This document shows, piece by piece, positions 19,726 to 28,432 of a stretch of 64,000 nucleotides of DNA; within the stretch, counting starts at the first letter, position 1; each line of letters opens with the position of its first letter. The stretch is from Candidatus Omnitrophota bacterium (GTDB taxonomy: Bacteria > Omnitrophota > Gorgyraeia > 2-01-FULL-45-10), in assembly GCA_028699255.1 (NCBI GenBank), contig JAQVUX010000003.1:146654-210653 (forward strand), written 5' to 3'. Below the pieces are notes generated by a model. That model saw only the letters and a program-made list of their open reading frames with translations. It made no database searches and was not told the DNA's origin. The position numbers and the translations under genes are program-made.

Positions 19726-20220
19726 ATGATACGCAAATCCAAAGCGCATAAATTCGGAAACGATATAAATACCGACGATATAATAGCCGCCAAATATCTC
19801 AATACGACCGACAGGGCGGAACTGGCGAGCCATTGCATGGAACATATCGTCAAAGATTTCGCAAGCTCGATGAAGCCGGGGGATGTCATAGTAGCGGGGA
19901 AAAATTTCGGTTGTGGCTCGTCGAGAGAGCACGCCCCCATAGCGATAAAAGCCGCCGGGGCATCGTGCGTTATAGCGGATAGTTTCGCAAGGATATTTTT
20001 CCGCAACAGTATCAATATCGGCCTTCCTATAATAGAATCCAGGGAGGCTTCGGATAGGATCGAGGCGGGGGATGAGGTGCAGATAGATACGAAAGCCGGG
20101 CTAATAAAGAACCTTACGCGAAAAGAGACTTACAAGATAGAGAAATATCCGCCGTTTATGCAGGCTATATTTGCCTCCGGCGGATTGATCGAATCATTAA
20201 AGAGAAAAAGGAAAAAATAA
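19726..20220 (+). CDS. leuD: 3-isopropylmalate dehydratase small subunit
   Basis: Aconitase swivel domain (GKNFGCGSSREHAP). Confidence 0.8.
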   Translation: MIRKSKAHKFGNDINTDDIIAAKYLNTTDRAELASHCMEHIVKDFASSMKPGDVIVAGKNFGCGSSREHAPIAIKAAGASCVIADSFARIFFRNSINIGLPIIESREASDRIEAGDEVQIDTKAGLIKNLTRKETYKIEKYPPFMQAIFASGGLIESLKRKRKK

Positions 20221-20221
20221 A

Positions 20222-21283
20222 ATGGCGGTAAAAAATTATAAGATAGCGGTGATAGCCGGTGATGGGACAGGACCTGAAGTCGTAGCCGAAGGATTAAAAG
20301 TCCTGAAAGCGGCGTCGAAGAAATTCGGTTTTACATATACTGAAACGCCTTTCGATTACGGTGGCGCCAGATATTTAAAGACGGGCAAGACGATAACCGA
20401 CGAGGAGCTTGAGGGATTAAAGAAATTCGACGCGATATTTTTAGGAGCCATAGGTCATCCGGACGTAAAACCCGGTATCCTGGAGCAGGGGATATTGCTT
20501 AAGACGAGGTTTGGCCTCGACCAGTATATTAATTTAAGGCCGGTGAAATTATACAGCTCCGCGTTCTGTCCGTTGAAAGACAAGAAGCCGGAAGATATCG
20601 ATTTTGTCGTCGTGCGCGAAAACTCCGAAGGGCTTTATAAAGGTATGGGCGAGTTTCAGAATAAGGGTAAAGCCGATGAAGTCGCGATACAACTTTCTTA
20701 TAATACACGGAAGGGTGTCGAGCGCTGTATCCGTTACGCGTTCGAGTTCGCGAGGAAGCGCAACAAGAGAAAAAAACTGACTCTTTGCGGCAAAACGAAC
20801 GTATTGACATACGCCTGGGATCTATGGCAGAGAACGTTTGATGAAGTGAAAAAGGATTATCCGGACATCCAGACAGATTACGTGCACGTCGACGCTACGA
20901 CGATGTGGTTTGTGAAAAACCCCGAGTGGTTCGACGTTATAGTAACCGACAATCTTTTCGGTGATATTATAACCGATCTCGGAGCGATGATACAGGGCGG
21001 TATGGGAATCGCGGCCGGAGGCAATATAAACCCGGAAGGCGTTTCGATGTTCGAACCTATCGGCGGTTCCGCGCCGAAATACACCGGCAAGCATATTATT
21101 AACCCTCTCGCGGCTATATGCGCGGGCGGGATGCTCCTCGATAATATCGGCCAGCCCGCGGCGGCAAAGGCGATCGAGAGCGCCGTTATAAAGGTGGCGA
21201 GCGCGAAGCTGAAGAGTTTAGCGGCGGGGAAGATGGGGTACTCGACCGAAGAAGTCGGGGACTTGGTGGTAGCGAACTTATAA
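20222..21283 (+). CDS. leuB: 3-isopropylmalate dehydrogenase (isocitrate/isopropylmalate dehydrogenase family)
   Basis: IAVIAGDGTGPEV, NLFGDIITDL, GGSAPKYTGK. Confidence 0.75.
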   Translation: MAVKNYKIAVIAGDGTGPEVVAEGLKVLKAASKKFGFTYTETPFDYGGARYLKTGKTITDEELEGLKKFDAIFLGAIGHPDVKPGILEQGILLKTRFGLDQYINLRPVKLYSSAFCPLKDKKPEDIDFVVVRENSEGLYKGMGEFQNKGKADEVAIQLSYNTRKGVERCIRYAFEFARKRNKRKKLTLCGKTNVLTYAWDLWQRTFDEVKKDYPDIQTDYVHVDATTMWFVKNPEWFDVIVTDNLFGDIITDLGAMIQGGMGIAAGGNINPEGVSMFEPIGGSAPKYTGKHIINPLAAICAGGMLLDNIGQPAAAKAIESAVIKVASAKLKSLAAGKMGYSTEEVGDLVVANL

Positions 21284-21300
21284 GAATAAGCGAGCAAGTT

Positions 21301-22320
21301 ATGAAAAAAGTCAATGTAGCTATAATGGGCGCGACAGGCGCCGTAGGCAACTGTTTTCTTAAGATACTGGAAGAGAGATCGTTTCCTATCAACAAGATAC
21401 GTCTTCTTGCCTCCGAACGCTCGAAGGGCAAGACGCTCAAATTTATGGGCAAAGAGCACCCGATAGAAGTGCTGACCCACGATTCTTTCAAAGACATAGA
21501 CATTGTACTGGCTTCGGCGGGCGCTTCGCGTTCGATGGAGTTTTTACCGAGCGCGGTCGCGGCGGGCGCTGTGTGCGTCGATAATTCAAGCGCTTTCAGG
21601 ATGGATGAAGAGGTGCCGCTCGTCGTGCCGGAAGTGAATCCGCAGGATATAAAAAAACATAAAGGCATAATCGCCAATCCTAATTGCTCCACCATACAGA
21701 TGGTTGTGGCGCTCTGCCCGATACATAAGGCCGCGAAGATAAAAAGGATAGTCGTTACTACTTTTCAATCGGTTTCCGGCGGCGGACAGAAGAAGATAAC
21801 CGAATTATGGGAGCAATCTAAAATTTTTACCGGTAGGGCGCACTTTAGTGTGCCCTGTATACCGATAAGGCCGACGGAGTTTCCGTACCAGATCGCGTTC
21901 AATCTGATTCCACAGATAGACGTATTCATGGATAACGGCTATACCAAAGAAGAGATGAAGATGGTTAATGAGACCCGCAAGATAATGGGCGACGATTCGA
22001 TCAAGGTAAATGCCACATGCGTGCGGGTGCCGGTATTCTACGCCCATTCCGAGAGCGTCAATATCGAGACCGAAAAATATATCAGCGCAAACGAAGTCCG
22101 CGAGCTTCTCCTGAAAGCGCCCGGTGTCAGGCTTATCGACGACCCCATGAATAAGAAATACCCGATGCCCGTAGATGCGGAGGGTAAAGACCTGACCCTT
22201 GTCGGGCGTATCCGCCAGGATGATTCTGTAAAGAACGGTATTTCAATGTGGGTTGTAGCCGATAATATCCGTAAAGGCGCCGCCTTGAACGCGATTCAGA
22301 TCGCGGAATATCTTATATAA
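21301..22320 (+). CDS. asd: Aspartate-semialdehyde dehydrogenase
   Basis: NAD site VAIMGATGAVG, active-site NCSTI, and the ASADH C-terminal domain. Confidence 0.85.
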   Translation: MKKVNVAIMGATGAVGNCFLKILEERSFPINKIRLLASERSKGKTLKFMGKEHPIEVLTHDSFKDIDIVLASAGASRSMEFLPSAVAAGAVCVDNSSAFRMDEEVPLVVPEVNPQDIKKHKGIIANPNCSTIQMVVALCPIHKAAKIKRIVVTTFQSVSGGGQKKITELWEQSKIFTGRAHFSVPCIPIRPTEFPYQIAFNLIPQIDVFMDNGYTKEEMKMVNETRKIMGDDSIKVNATCVRVPVFYAHSESVNIETEKYISANEVRELLLKAPGVRLIDDPMNKKYPMPVDAEGKDLTLVGRIRQDDSVKNGISMWVVADNIRKGAALNAIQIAEYLI

Positions 22321-22328
22321 TATTATAC

Positions 22329-22353
22329 AACCTACGCGGTTACCGCGTAGGTT
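22329..22353. repeat. Perfect palindrome AACCTACGCGGTTACCGCGTAGGTT, a member of the TAACCGCGTAGGTTA family
   Basis: Seen directly, 4 nt upstream of the truA start. Related pairs occur at 28362-28414 and 52075-52126. Confidence 0.7.
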
Positions 22354-22356
22354 GAC

Positions 22357-23100
22357 ATGGTTACTATGCGTAATATCAAACTCACCATCCGTTACGATGG
22401 TACCCGCTATGCTGGCTGGCAATCGCAGACGAACGGCCTTGCCATCCAGGATGTCATCCAGGACGCTATCGCTAAGATAACCGGCGCCCGTCCCTCGCTT
22501 ATAGGCTCGGGCCGTACCGACGCGGGCGTCCATGCCGAAGCCCAGGTCGCCAATTTCAGGACACGCTCGAAGATACCGCTCAAGAATCTTGTGATGGCCC
22601 TTAACACCAATCTTCCCAAAGATATCGCGATAACCGCCGCGGAAGAGGTCGCGTTGAAATTCAATGCCCAGAAAAACGCGCGCTCGAAACTCTATCGTTA
22701 TACGATAATGAATAACGATTATATGGATCCGCTCGTCCGGCATTTCGCGGCAAAGTGTTACTACAAGCTCGATCTGCGTCTTATGCGCCGCGCCGCCCGG
22801 CATATCGTAGGCAGACATGACTTTCGTTCGTTCAGGGCTACGGGCGGTACCGATGGTAATGCCGTCAGGACGGTGAAGTACATTGAAATTGAAAAAGCGG
22901 GGGACATGGTGTATATTTACATAGAAGCGAACGGTTTTCTCTATAATATGGTGCGTAATATCGTCGGTACCATTATTGAAGCCGGCCGGGGCAAGATATC
23001 GGCCGATAGCGTCAAAGAGATCATCCGTAAACGCGATATAAGATTTTCCGGGCCTACCATGCCTGGCAAGGGGCTATGCATGGTTAAGGTGCGGTATTAA
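22357..23100 (+). CDS. truA: tRNA pseudouridine(38-40) synthase
   Basis: IRYDGTRYAGWQSQ, GSGRTDAGVHA (catalytic Asp), FLYNMVRNIVG. Confidence 0.9.
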   Translation: MVTMRNIKLTIRYDGTRYAGWQSQTNGLAIQDVIQDAIAKITGARPSLIGSGRTDAGVHAEAQVANFRTRSKIPLKNLVMALNTNLPKDIAITAAEEVALKFNAQKNARSKLYRYTIMNNDYMDPLVRHFAAKCYYKLDLRLMRRAARHIVGRHDFRSFRATGGTDGNAVRTVKYIEIEKAGDMVYIYIEANGFLYNMVRNIVGTIIEAGRGKISADSVKEIIRKRDIRFSGPTMPGKGLCMVKVRY

Positions 23101-23115
23101 AAAAGGGGGCATGAT

Positions 23116-23352
23116 ATGTGTAAAGACGTATTTTTGTTTTGCCTATCGCTTGCGCTCGGTTACGTTCTTTGCGTTATCGCGAAGAAACAGGTTTCAGTAT
23201 TGAAAACTCTTGGTTATACGCTCGGCGTATCGATAATAGCGCTCACCTTTCTTACGGCCCTTATCGCGGTTCATACGGCACCTGCGATCAAATGCCCTTG
23301 CGGCCATATGCACGGCAAGATGCCCTGCATGGCGATGATGAAGCATAAATAA
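23116..23352 (+). CDS. Small two-TM membrane protein with a Cys/His/Met-rich C-terminus (CPCGHMHGKMPCMAMM), possibly metal-binding
   Basis: Two hydrophobic helices followed by a Cys-His-Met cluster. Function not assignable. Confidence 0.4.
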   Translation: MCKDVFLFCLSLALGYVLCVIAKKQVSVLKTLGYTLGVSIIALTFLTALIAVHTAPAIKCPCGHMHGKMPCMAMMKHK

Positions 23353-23961
23353 GTGAAGAATAAATACGACACGATAGTATTTGATCTTGGCAATACGGTC
23401 ATAAGGTTCGACCATAATATTTCCGCAGGGAAGCTGGTTAACCTTTTTAATCTGGACCAGAAGAAGGTCTATGATTTCTTTTTTGACTCGGAGATAACCA
23501 GAGCCTTCGAAAAAGGCTTGTTATCTCCGAGGGGGTTTTATATAAAGGCAACGGAGTTCCTTGGGATAAAAATATCCTACGAGGACTTTGTGCCGATCTG
23601 GAATGATATTTTCCGGGAAGACGAAAAAGTCTGCCGTCTTGCCAGGCAGTTAAAGAAGACCCACCGGTTGTTTCTCCTGTCCAATGTGAATCGCCTGCAC
23701 TTCGAATACATCGAGGAGAAGTTTGACATAATAAAGATATTCGACGAGCTGGTTCTGTCGTTTGTTGTCGGCGCCGTCAAGCCGGAACGGCCGATATTCG
23801 ACGATGTCGTGCGCCGCGCCGGCGGCGATAGGTCGAGAATGCTTTACATCGACGACCGCGAAGACCTTATTAAGGAAGCGACCGCTTTAGGCATACCCTC
23901 TATCCGCTTCGAAGGCGCCGATAAATTGAAAGATCAGCTCTCCGAACTCGGCGTAATTTAA
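23353..23961 (+). CDS. HAD-superfamily hydrolase (subfamily IA-like)
   Basis: Motif I FDLGNTV and a downstream LYIDD motif. GTG start. Confidence 0.6.
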   Translation: MKNKYDTIVFDLGNTVIRFDHNISAGKLVNLFNLDQKKVYDFFFDSEITRAFEKGLLSPRGFYIKATEFLGIKISYEDFVPIWNDIFREDEKVCRLARQLKKTHRLFLLSNVNRLHFEYIEEKFDIIKIFDELVLSFVVGAVKPERPIFDDVVRRAGGDRSRMLYIDDREDLIKEATALGIPSIRFEGADKLKDQLSELGVI

Positions 23962-23987
23962 GATTTCAAAAAGTTAGTTTTATCCAC

Positions 23988-24016
23988 TTGACATATCTTT
24001 CCGCTGTGGTAAACTA
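23988..24016 (+). promoter_or_regulatory. Putative sigma70 promoter TTGACA-16/17-TAAACT
   Basis: Seen directly: ttgaca at 23988-23993 and taaact at 24010-24015. Confidence 0.45.
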
Positions 24017-24050
24017 AACATACTTTTGCATTCGGTTTATATGGACAACG

Positions 24051-24085
24051 ATGCTTGGCGCTAGAAAGGCCAGGCATTTTTTTAT
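24051..24085 (+). other. Hairpin plus U-run (atgcttggc-N9-gccaggcat-TTTTTTT) in the leader of the large ORF; intrinsic terminator, attenuator or short-RNA 3' end
   Basis: 9 bp stem with one mismatch followed by T7, about 35 nt downstream of the putative promoter. It resembles the hairpin/U-run in the rplM leader at 27360-27386. Confidence 0.4.
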
Positions 24086-24106
24086 TATTAAAGTATTTTA
24101 ATTCTT

Positions 24107-24145
24107 CCGTCATTGCGAGCGAGGCGAAGCCGAGCGAAGCAATCT
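24107..24145. repeat. Half-copy of the nested palindromic repeat (CCGTCATTGCGAGCGAGGCGAAGCCGAGCGAAGCAATCT)
   Basis: Seen directly. It lies 20 nt upstream of the start of the large ORF and abuts its RBS (aagagggg). Confidence 0.7.
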
Positions 24146-24164
24146 AACAAGAGGGGATTTGAAT

Positions 24165-27100
24165 ATGATAACGAAAATAATATCCTTGGTGGTCGCGAGC
24201 GCGTTTCTGCTCAACAGCGTCGCGTATGGTTTGGGCACTATGCCCGGCACTACACAGCCGGCTGTGCAGGATGAGATGATTAACATGCTTCGCGACGGAC
24301 TTCTTAAGAAGGGGCCAAGCGCGTTGAGAGATGCCCTGTCATCGGAGACGATCCACGCGGAGTTTAGCCCGTCGGTGGAACCGGCGGCAAACGGTATCAG
24401 GCTTCTGGACGGAGTTCCGGCCGGTATGGAAAGTGATCCGGCATTTAACGCCGAAAACCTCGCTGAGGCGATCGAAAAAGTTTTGCCGGGCGATGTTGTT
24501 TCTGTGGATAATTATCGCGCCGATAACCCGGGAGACTTTCCCGTCGCTAAGATGAGCCGTGACGGCGATAGAAAAAAATGGACAGTGCATGAATATATGG
24601 CTTCAGCATGGGAGAATATAAAGTCCCGAGATGTCATTTTTACATACACTTATCAGGATGGGCATGCTGAGGCATTCAGCCTGGCCAGTTTATTACTCGA
24701 CGAAGTAACAAGCCTTGGCAAAAGGCCGCATGACGACGGCCGCACAGGTATCGTGCGCGATGCCGTAAGGGCGTGGTTTGTGGGTTCATACTGCCTGTCG
24801 AATGAAACAAGATATAATAACGATAAGCTCGAAGAGAGAGTAAGGTGGTTTTGCCGCGACGCCAAAGCCGCAGAAATGGGTTTCTTAAAAGCGTTTCCAT
24901 ATATGGCCGAAACCGACGAGACGCTTGCGCGCGGCGTAGAACTTGTGCGTTTCATAAACCGCTGTTTCTACGCTCCAGATAAACAAGTCGCGCAGTCCGA
25001 CGCGGAGCAGGCGGGGACAGATCAAAGTAATGCTACCGAAACAATCCCCTCCGAAGTAAAACAAAAAATAGCAAGCGTGATGTTTACGCATGTGAAGTAC
25101 ACTCCCGATTGGGATGAGAATATTCATGGGCAGATTGCCGACTCAGGCCTGACGGCAGAATCTTTTATTGCTTCGAATCCTACCGAGCTTGAAAAGCTGA
25201 TCACGTCCGCCTGCGAACGCTATATTAAACTGTCAGTCGAAAGAGTTTCTAAAGCGTGTAAAAGCGATGTTTTGATGGTAACTGAATTCGCCGATGTCCG
25301 AGAAGTTATAGCAGGCGCCCAGGAGTTGCTGTGGGAGAAATTCCTGGAAGAATTAACAGGCGATACGGCAATAATCAAGATGCCGGGAGTTTTTGCGCAA
25401 AATGAAGAGATGCGCAGACAGCTGAACGAACTTGTTAGGCCCGCCTTCTATAGTGTAGTTGCGGAAGCATTTAAGAAATTCGGCTTAAGCATGCCGTCGC
25501 AAGCACAGCCGCGAGATCCCAAGACCGGTAGATTTGAGACAAAATTGCCGGGAAGTCCGGCGATGGTGCTTTTATTGTTTGCCTATTGCGGTAAACTCGA
25601 TGATAAGATCACAGCAAAGACGCATCGCAGGATAGCCGATGATTTTTCAGGGTTTGTGAATATTTCTGACCGTACTTTAAGGCGCGATAGAGAAGTACTA
25701 AGGGAAGCGGGCTATCTCATAGATATTATAGATAGCGATGCCGATCAGATAGAGAGCGACGTCAGCCCGGTTACATATAAGCTTAGCGCTTCCGGCAAAA
25801 AAGCGGCAAAGGCTTTACTGAACAGATTAAGAAAAAAGTACGGGCCTGTTGTGCGATACGCGATATTCGATGAATTTTCATCCGGCAATAAGCAAATCCG
25901 TGAAGACATAAAAAAGATGGACGCGAAAATCAAGAAGAAGATAGTAGAAGAAAAGCTGAGAGCCGCCGCTTATGTGACGCTCATAAGGATAAAAAATTCC
26001 GAAGACCTGCACGATTATGCGCGTCGTGGATTATTAACGGTAACCGATTTTATGGAAGAGTTAGAGTTCCCTGATATGGACCGCAATACTATTAGTGACC
26101 ATTTCGATGAGCTTAGGGAACGGAAGGAGATTGAATACTCAGACTATTTAAAAGATGGAGAGCGTTGTTATGGGTATTGTAATGACAAACGTTTCCGTGG
26201 AGCTGGCGTTCGTTACGTGTGGGGTCAATATTATAGGACACCGTCGATGACTGTGCCCGAAGCCATATCCGGCGATCAGCCGGTGACGAATACCGTATTA
26301 AATACAGCCGTGAATGATGTTACTCCTAGAGATTTCGGCAGGCACTTCATGTCGGACGCTCCGCGTACGCCGGAAGATAGAAGTAAACGCCCTGGAGTGC
26401 CGGGTTTGGACAGCGAAATTGCGAGTTTGGAGCAACGTTCTCCGACGGACACGGCTGAGAATGCCACGATCATGCTTAGACGTACGGCGGCAATGGAAGA
26501 ATTTAAAAATTATCCGTTTATTACCGACATAAATACGGTGGAATTTGCTCTTCCTATCGCCCCGGAGGTTGGGCCGAGTAGCGATACGAAAGATTTTCGT
26601 TTAAGCCGGGAGCAGATACTTAATATATGGAAGACGGTTAATCTCGCCCACGAGGAAAGGGTAAAGATACTGCTATTGCAGGATGAGGTAGGCCCTACGG
26701 GCACGACGATGGACGCCGCTTTGCACGATATAAGAAACCGCATCAGGAATGCCGGCGGTAATGATGACACCATCGATTTTGAGTTATTTCAGGGCGAGGA
26801 TAATCTCGAAACTCTTCTCGACCCCAACAAGGATGAATCCAGTAAGCGTGTAAAGAGAATAGTCCTTACCGTGGGGAGCAGATCCCGGGGAATGGTAAGT
26901 AACCTGGTAGACAGGCGTCCAGAGCTTTTTAAGAAGGCGCGTTCACTCGGTATAGAACTCCCGGTGGATTATTACGATTTTAAGCCGAATTCCAAAGAAA
27001 GGACGTTCTATCAGGCGAGCATGCTTTTAAGGGGCTGGAACGCGGCGATCATTGATAACACCAAAAGGACAACGGCGGCCAGCATTTTATTTACGAACAT

Positions 27101-27296
27101 GCTGAAAGGTTGTTATGACGGTGATATAGGCGTACTATTAAAGCAATTAGTACCGGTAGAGAACGAAACGGATAAAGAAACGAAGGAGAGGATTAACAGC
27201 TGTTCAAATAGCGCCATACGATTGCTTTCCCAGAAGACAGCGGCCGCGATAGAAAACTTGAAGTTGATCATGAGAGAGTTCTGGACAGCGGCATAA
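24165..27296 (+). CDS. Large hypothetical protein (~1043 aa) with an N-terminal signal peptide or TM anchor and two internal winged-helix-like segments; no catalytic motif recognised
   Basis: Start ATG at 24165 (MITKIISLVVASAFLLNSVAYG), RBS aagagggg. One internal segment, ...FVNISDRTLRRDREVLREAGYLIDI, resembles a DeoR/HTH_11-type wHTH; a second is ...LLTVTDFMEEL...RNTISDHFDELRERKEI. No Walker, protease or nuclease motifs were seen by eye. Confidence 0.5.
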   Translation: MITKIISLVVASAFLLNSVAYGLGTMPGTTQPAVQDEMINMLRDGLLKKGPSALRDALSSETIHAEFSPSVEPAANGIRLLDGVPAGMESDPAFNAENLAEAIEKVLPGDVVSVDNYRADNPGDFPVAKMSRDGDRKKWTVHEYMASAWENIKSRDVIFTYTYQDGHAEAFSLASLLLDEVTSLGKRPHDDGRTGIVRDAVRAWFVGSYCLSNETRYNNDKLEERVRWFCRDAKAAEMGFLKAFPYMAETDETLARGVELVRFINRCFYAPDKQVAQSDAEQAGTDQSNATETIPSEVKQKIASVMFTHVKYTPDWDENIHGQIADSGLTAESFIASNPTELEKLITSACERYIKLSVERVSKACKSDVLMVTEFADVREVIAGAQELLWEKFLEELTGDTAIIKMPGVFAQNEEMRRQLNELVRPAFYSVVAEAFKKFGLSMPSQAQPRDPKTGRFETKLPGSPAMVLLLFAYCGKLDDKITAKTHRRIADDFSGFVNISDRTLRRDREVLREAGYLIDIIDSDADQIESDVSPVTYKLSASGKKAAKALLNRLRKKYGPVVRYAIFDEFSSGNKQIREDIKKMDAKIKKKIVEEKLRAAAYVTLIRIKNSEDLHDYARRGLLTVTDFMEELEFPDMDRNTISDHFDELRERKEIEYSDYLKDGERCYGYCNDKRFRGAGVRYVWGQYYRTPSMTVPEAISGDQPVTNTVLNTAVNDVTPRDFGRHFMSDAPRTPEDRSKRPGVPGLDSEIASLEQRSPTDTAENATIMLRRTAAMEEFKNYPFITDINTVEFALPIAPEVGPSSDTKDFRLSREQILNIWKTVNLAHEERVKILLLQDEVGPTGTTMDAALHDIRNRIRNAGGNDDTIDFELFQGEDNLETLLDPNKDESSKRVKRIVLTVGSRSRGMVSNLVDRRPELFKKARSLGIELPVDYYDFKPNSKERTFYQASMLLRGWNAAIIDNTKRTTAASILFTNMLKGCYDGDIGVLLKQLVPVENETDKETKERINSCSNSAIRLLSQKTAAAIENLKLIMREFWTAA

Positions 27297-27325
27297 GCCG
27301 GTTTTAGGAAAGTTTTAATATTTTA

Positions 27326-27354
27326 TTGACAGCATCCGGGCGATGTGTTATTAT
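27326..27354 (+). promoter_or_regulatory. Sigma70 promoter TTGACA-17-TATTAT for rplM-rpsI
   Basis: Seen directly: ttgaca at 27326-27331 and tattat at 27349-27354. Confidence 0.6.
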
Positions 27355-27359
27355 CATTC

Positions 27360-27386
27360 GCCTCTACGGAAGAGGCATTTTTTTAT
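27360..27386 (+). promoter_or_regulatory. Leader hairpin (gcctct-acgga-agaggc) followed by a U-run, upstream of rplM; possible attenuator or r-protein autoregulatory leader
   Basis: Seen directly, lying between the promoter and the rplM RBS. Confidence 0.4.
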
Positions 27387-27407
27387 ATTTCAACTTACGG
27401 AAAGATT

Positions 27408-27839
27408 ATGAAGACATATATCGCAAAAGATAAAGACATTCAGAAGTCATGGCACGTAGTCGATGCCACAGATCAGGTCCTTGGCAGGCTTTCGGCCAAG
27501 GTTGCGTCCATTCTCATGGGTAAGAATAAGGTCATCTATTCGCCGCATCAGGATACGGGTGATGAAGTTATCGTTATAAACGCCGCCAAGATAAAAGTTA
27601 CCGGTAAAAAGATGGGCCAGAAGATTTATAAGAGATATTCGGCTTATCCGGGCGGGCTGAATACCGAAACTCTCGAAGCTACCATGAAGAAGAAGCCGGA
27701 ACATGCTATCAGGCACGCGGTACACGGGATGTTGCCGAAGTCGAAACTCGGCGCGAAACTGCTGAAGAAACTGAGAGTGTATGCCGGGGATAAGCATCCT
27801 CACCAGGCCCAACAGCCGAAAATATTAAAGATAGGTTAA
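27408..27839 (+). CDS. rplM: 50S ribosomal protein L13
   Basis: MKTYIAKDKDIQKSWHVVDATDQVLGRLSAKVASILMGK is a classic L13 N-terminus. The tabulated start at 27345 lies within the promoter and leader. Confidence 0.95.
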   Translation: MKTYIAKDKDIQKSWHVVDATDQVLGRLSAKVASILMGKNKVIYSPHQDTGDEVIVINAAKIKVTGKKMGQKIYKRYSAYPGGLNTETLEATMKKKPEHAIRHAVHGMLPKSKLGAKLLKKLRVYAGDKHPHQAQQPKILKIG

Positions 27840-27849
27840 GGAGCAATTA

Positions 27850-28245
27850 ATGGCAGAAAAAACTCAATACATCGCAACAGGAAGACGTAAAAACTCGATA
27901 GCGCGCGTACGCATAATGGCCGGAGATGGCAAAGTTACGGTCAACAAACGCCCATTTAACGCCTATTTTCCGCGTGAATCGAACCGTCTTATAATTATGC
28001 AACCGATCGAAACGGCCAAGCTGGAATCGAAGCTCGACATATTCGCTAACGTCAACGGCGGAGGTTTAAGCGGGCAGGCGGGGGCCGTAAAGCAGGGTAT
28101 CGCCAGGGCGCTCGTTAAAATGAACGCAGAGTTGAAAGCCGATATCAAAAAAGCGGGATTCCTTACCAGAGATTCGAGGATGAGGGAGCGCAAAAAATAC
28201 GGACGGAAGCGCGCCAGAAGGAGATTCCAGTTTACCAAGAGATAA
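27850..28245 (+). CDS. rpsI: 30S ribosomal protein S9
   Basis: ATGRRKNSIARVRI...GGGLSGQAGAVKQGIARAL...KKYGRKRARRRFQFTKR. Confidence 0.95.
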   Translation: MAEKTQYIATGRRKNSIARVRIMAGDGKVTVNKRPFNAYFPRESNRLIIMQPIETAKLESKLDIFANVNGGGLSGQAGAVKQGIARALVKMNAELKADIKKAGFLTRDSRMRERKKYGRKRARRRFQFTKR

Positions 28246-28269
28246 AATAATTTTCTCGACGACATTTAA

Positions 28270-28327
28270 AAAACCTATCTGGTCAACTCCGACGGCGATT
28301 TTAGTTGACAGGATAGGTTTTTTATTT
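28270..28327 (+). terminator. Rho-independent terminator after rpsI
   Basis: The stem aaaaaacctatctggtcaact...agttgacaggataggtttttt ends in a T-run. Confidence 0.7.
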
Positions 28328-28361
28328 TAACATTAGAGTCTATTCTCGACGGAAATGCGGG

Positions 28362-28414
28362 ATAACCGCGTAGGTTATTTCGTGGATCAATTCACGGCTA
28401 ACCTACGCGGTTAG
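28362..28414. repeat. Inverted pair of TAACCGCGTAGGTTA-family motifs (ATAACCGCGTAGGTTAT-N20-TAACCTACGCGGTTAG) upstream of argC
   Basis: Seen directly. The same architecture recurs at 52075-52126 upstream of tolQ/exbB. Confidence 0.7.
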
Positions 28415-28432
28415 CCGAAGGAGGAGTCGGAA

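Noticed and set aside
23139-23348. 69 aa ORF overlapping the small membrane protein in another frame
   Set aside because: It has no RBS and an Arg-rich low-complexity translation. The alternative frame at 23116 gives a clean two-TM protein.
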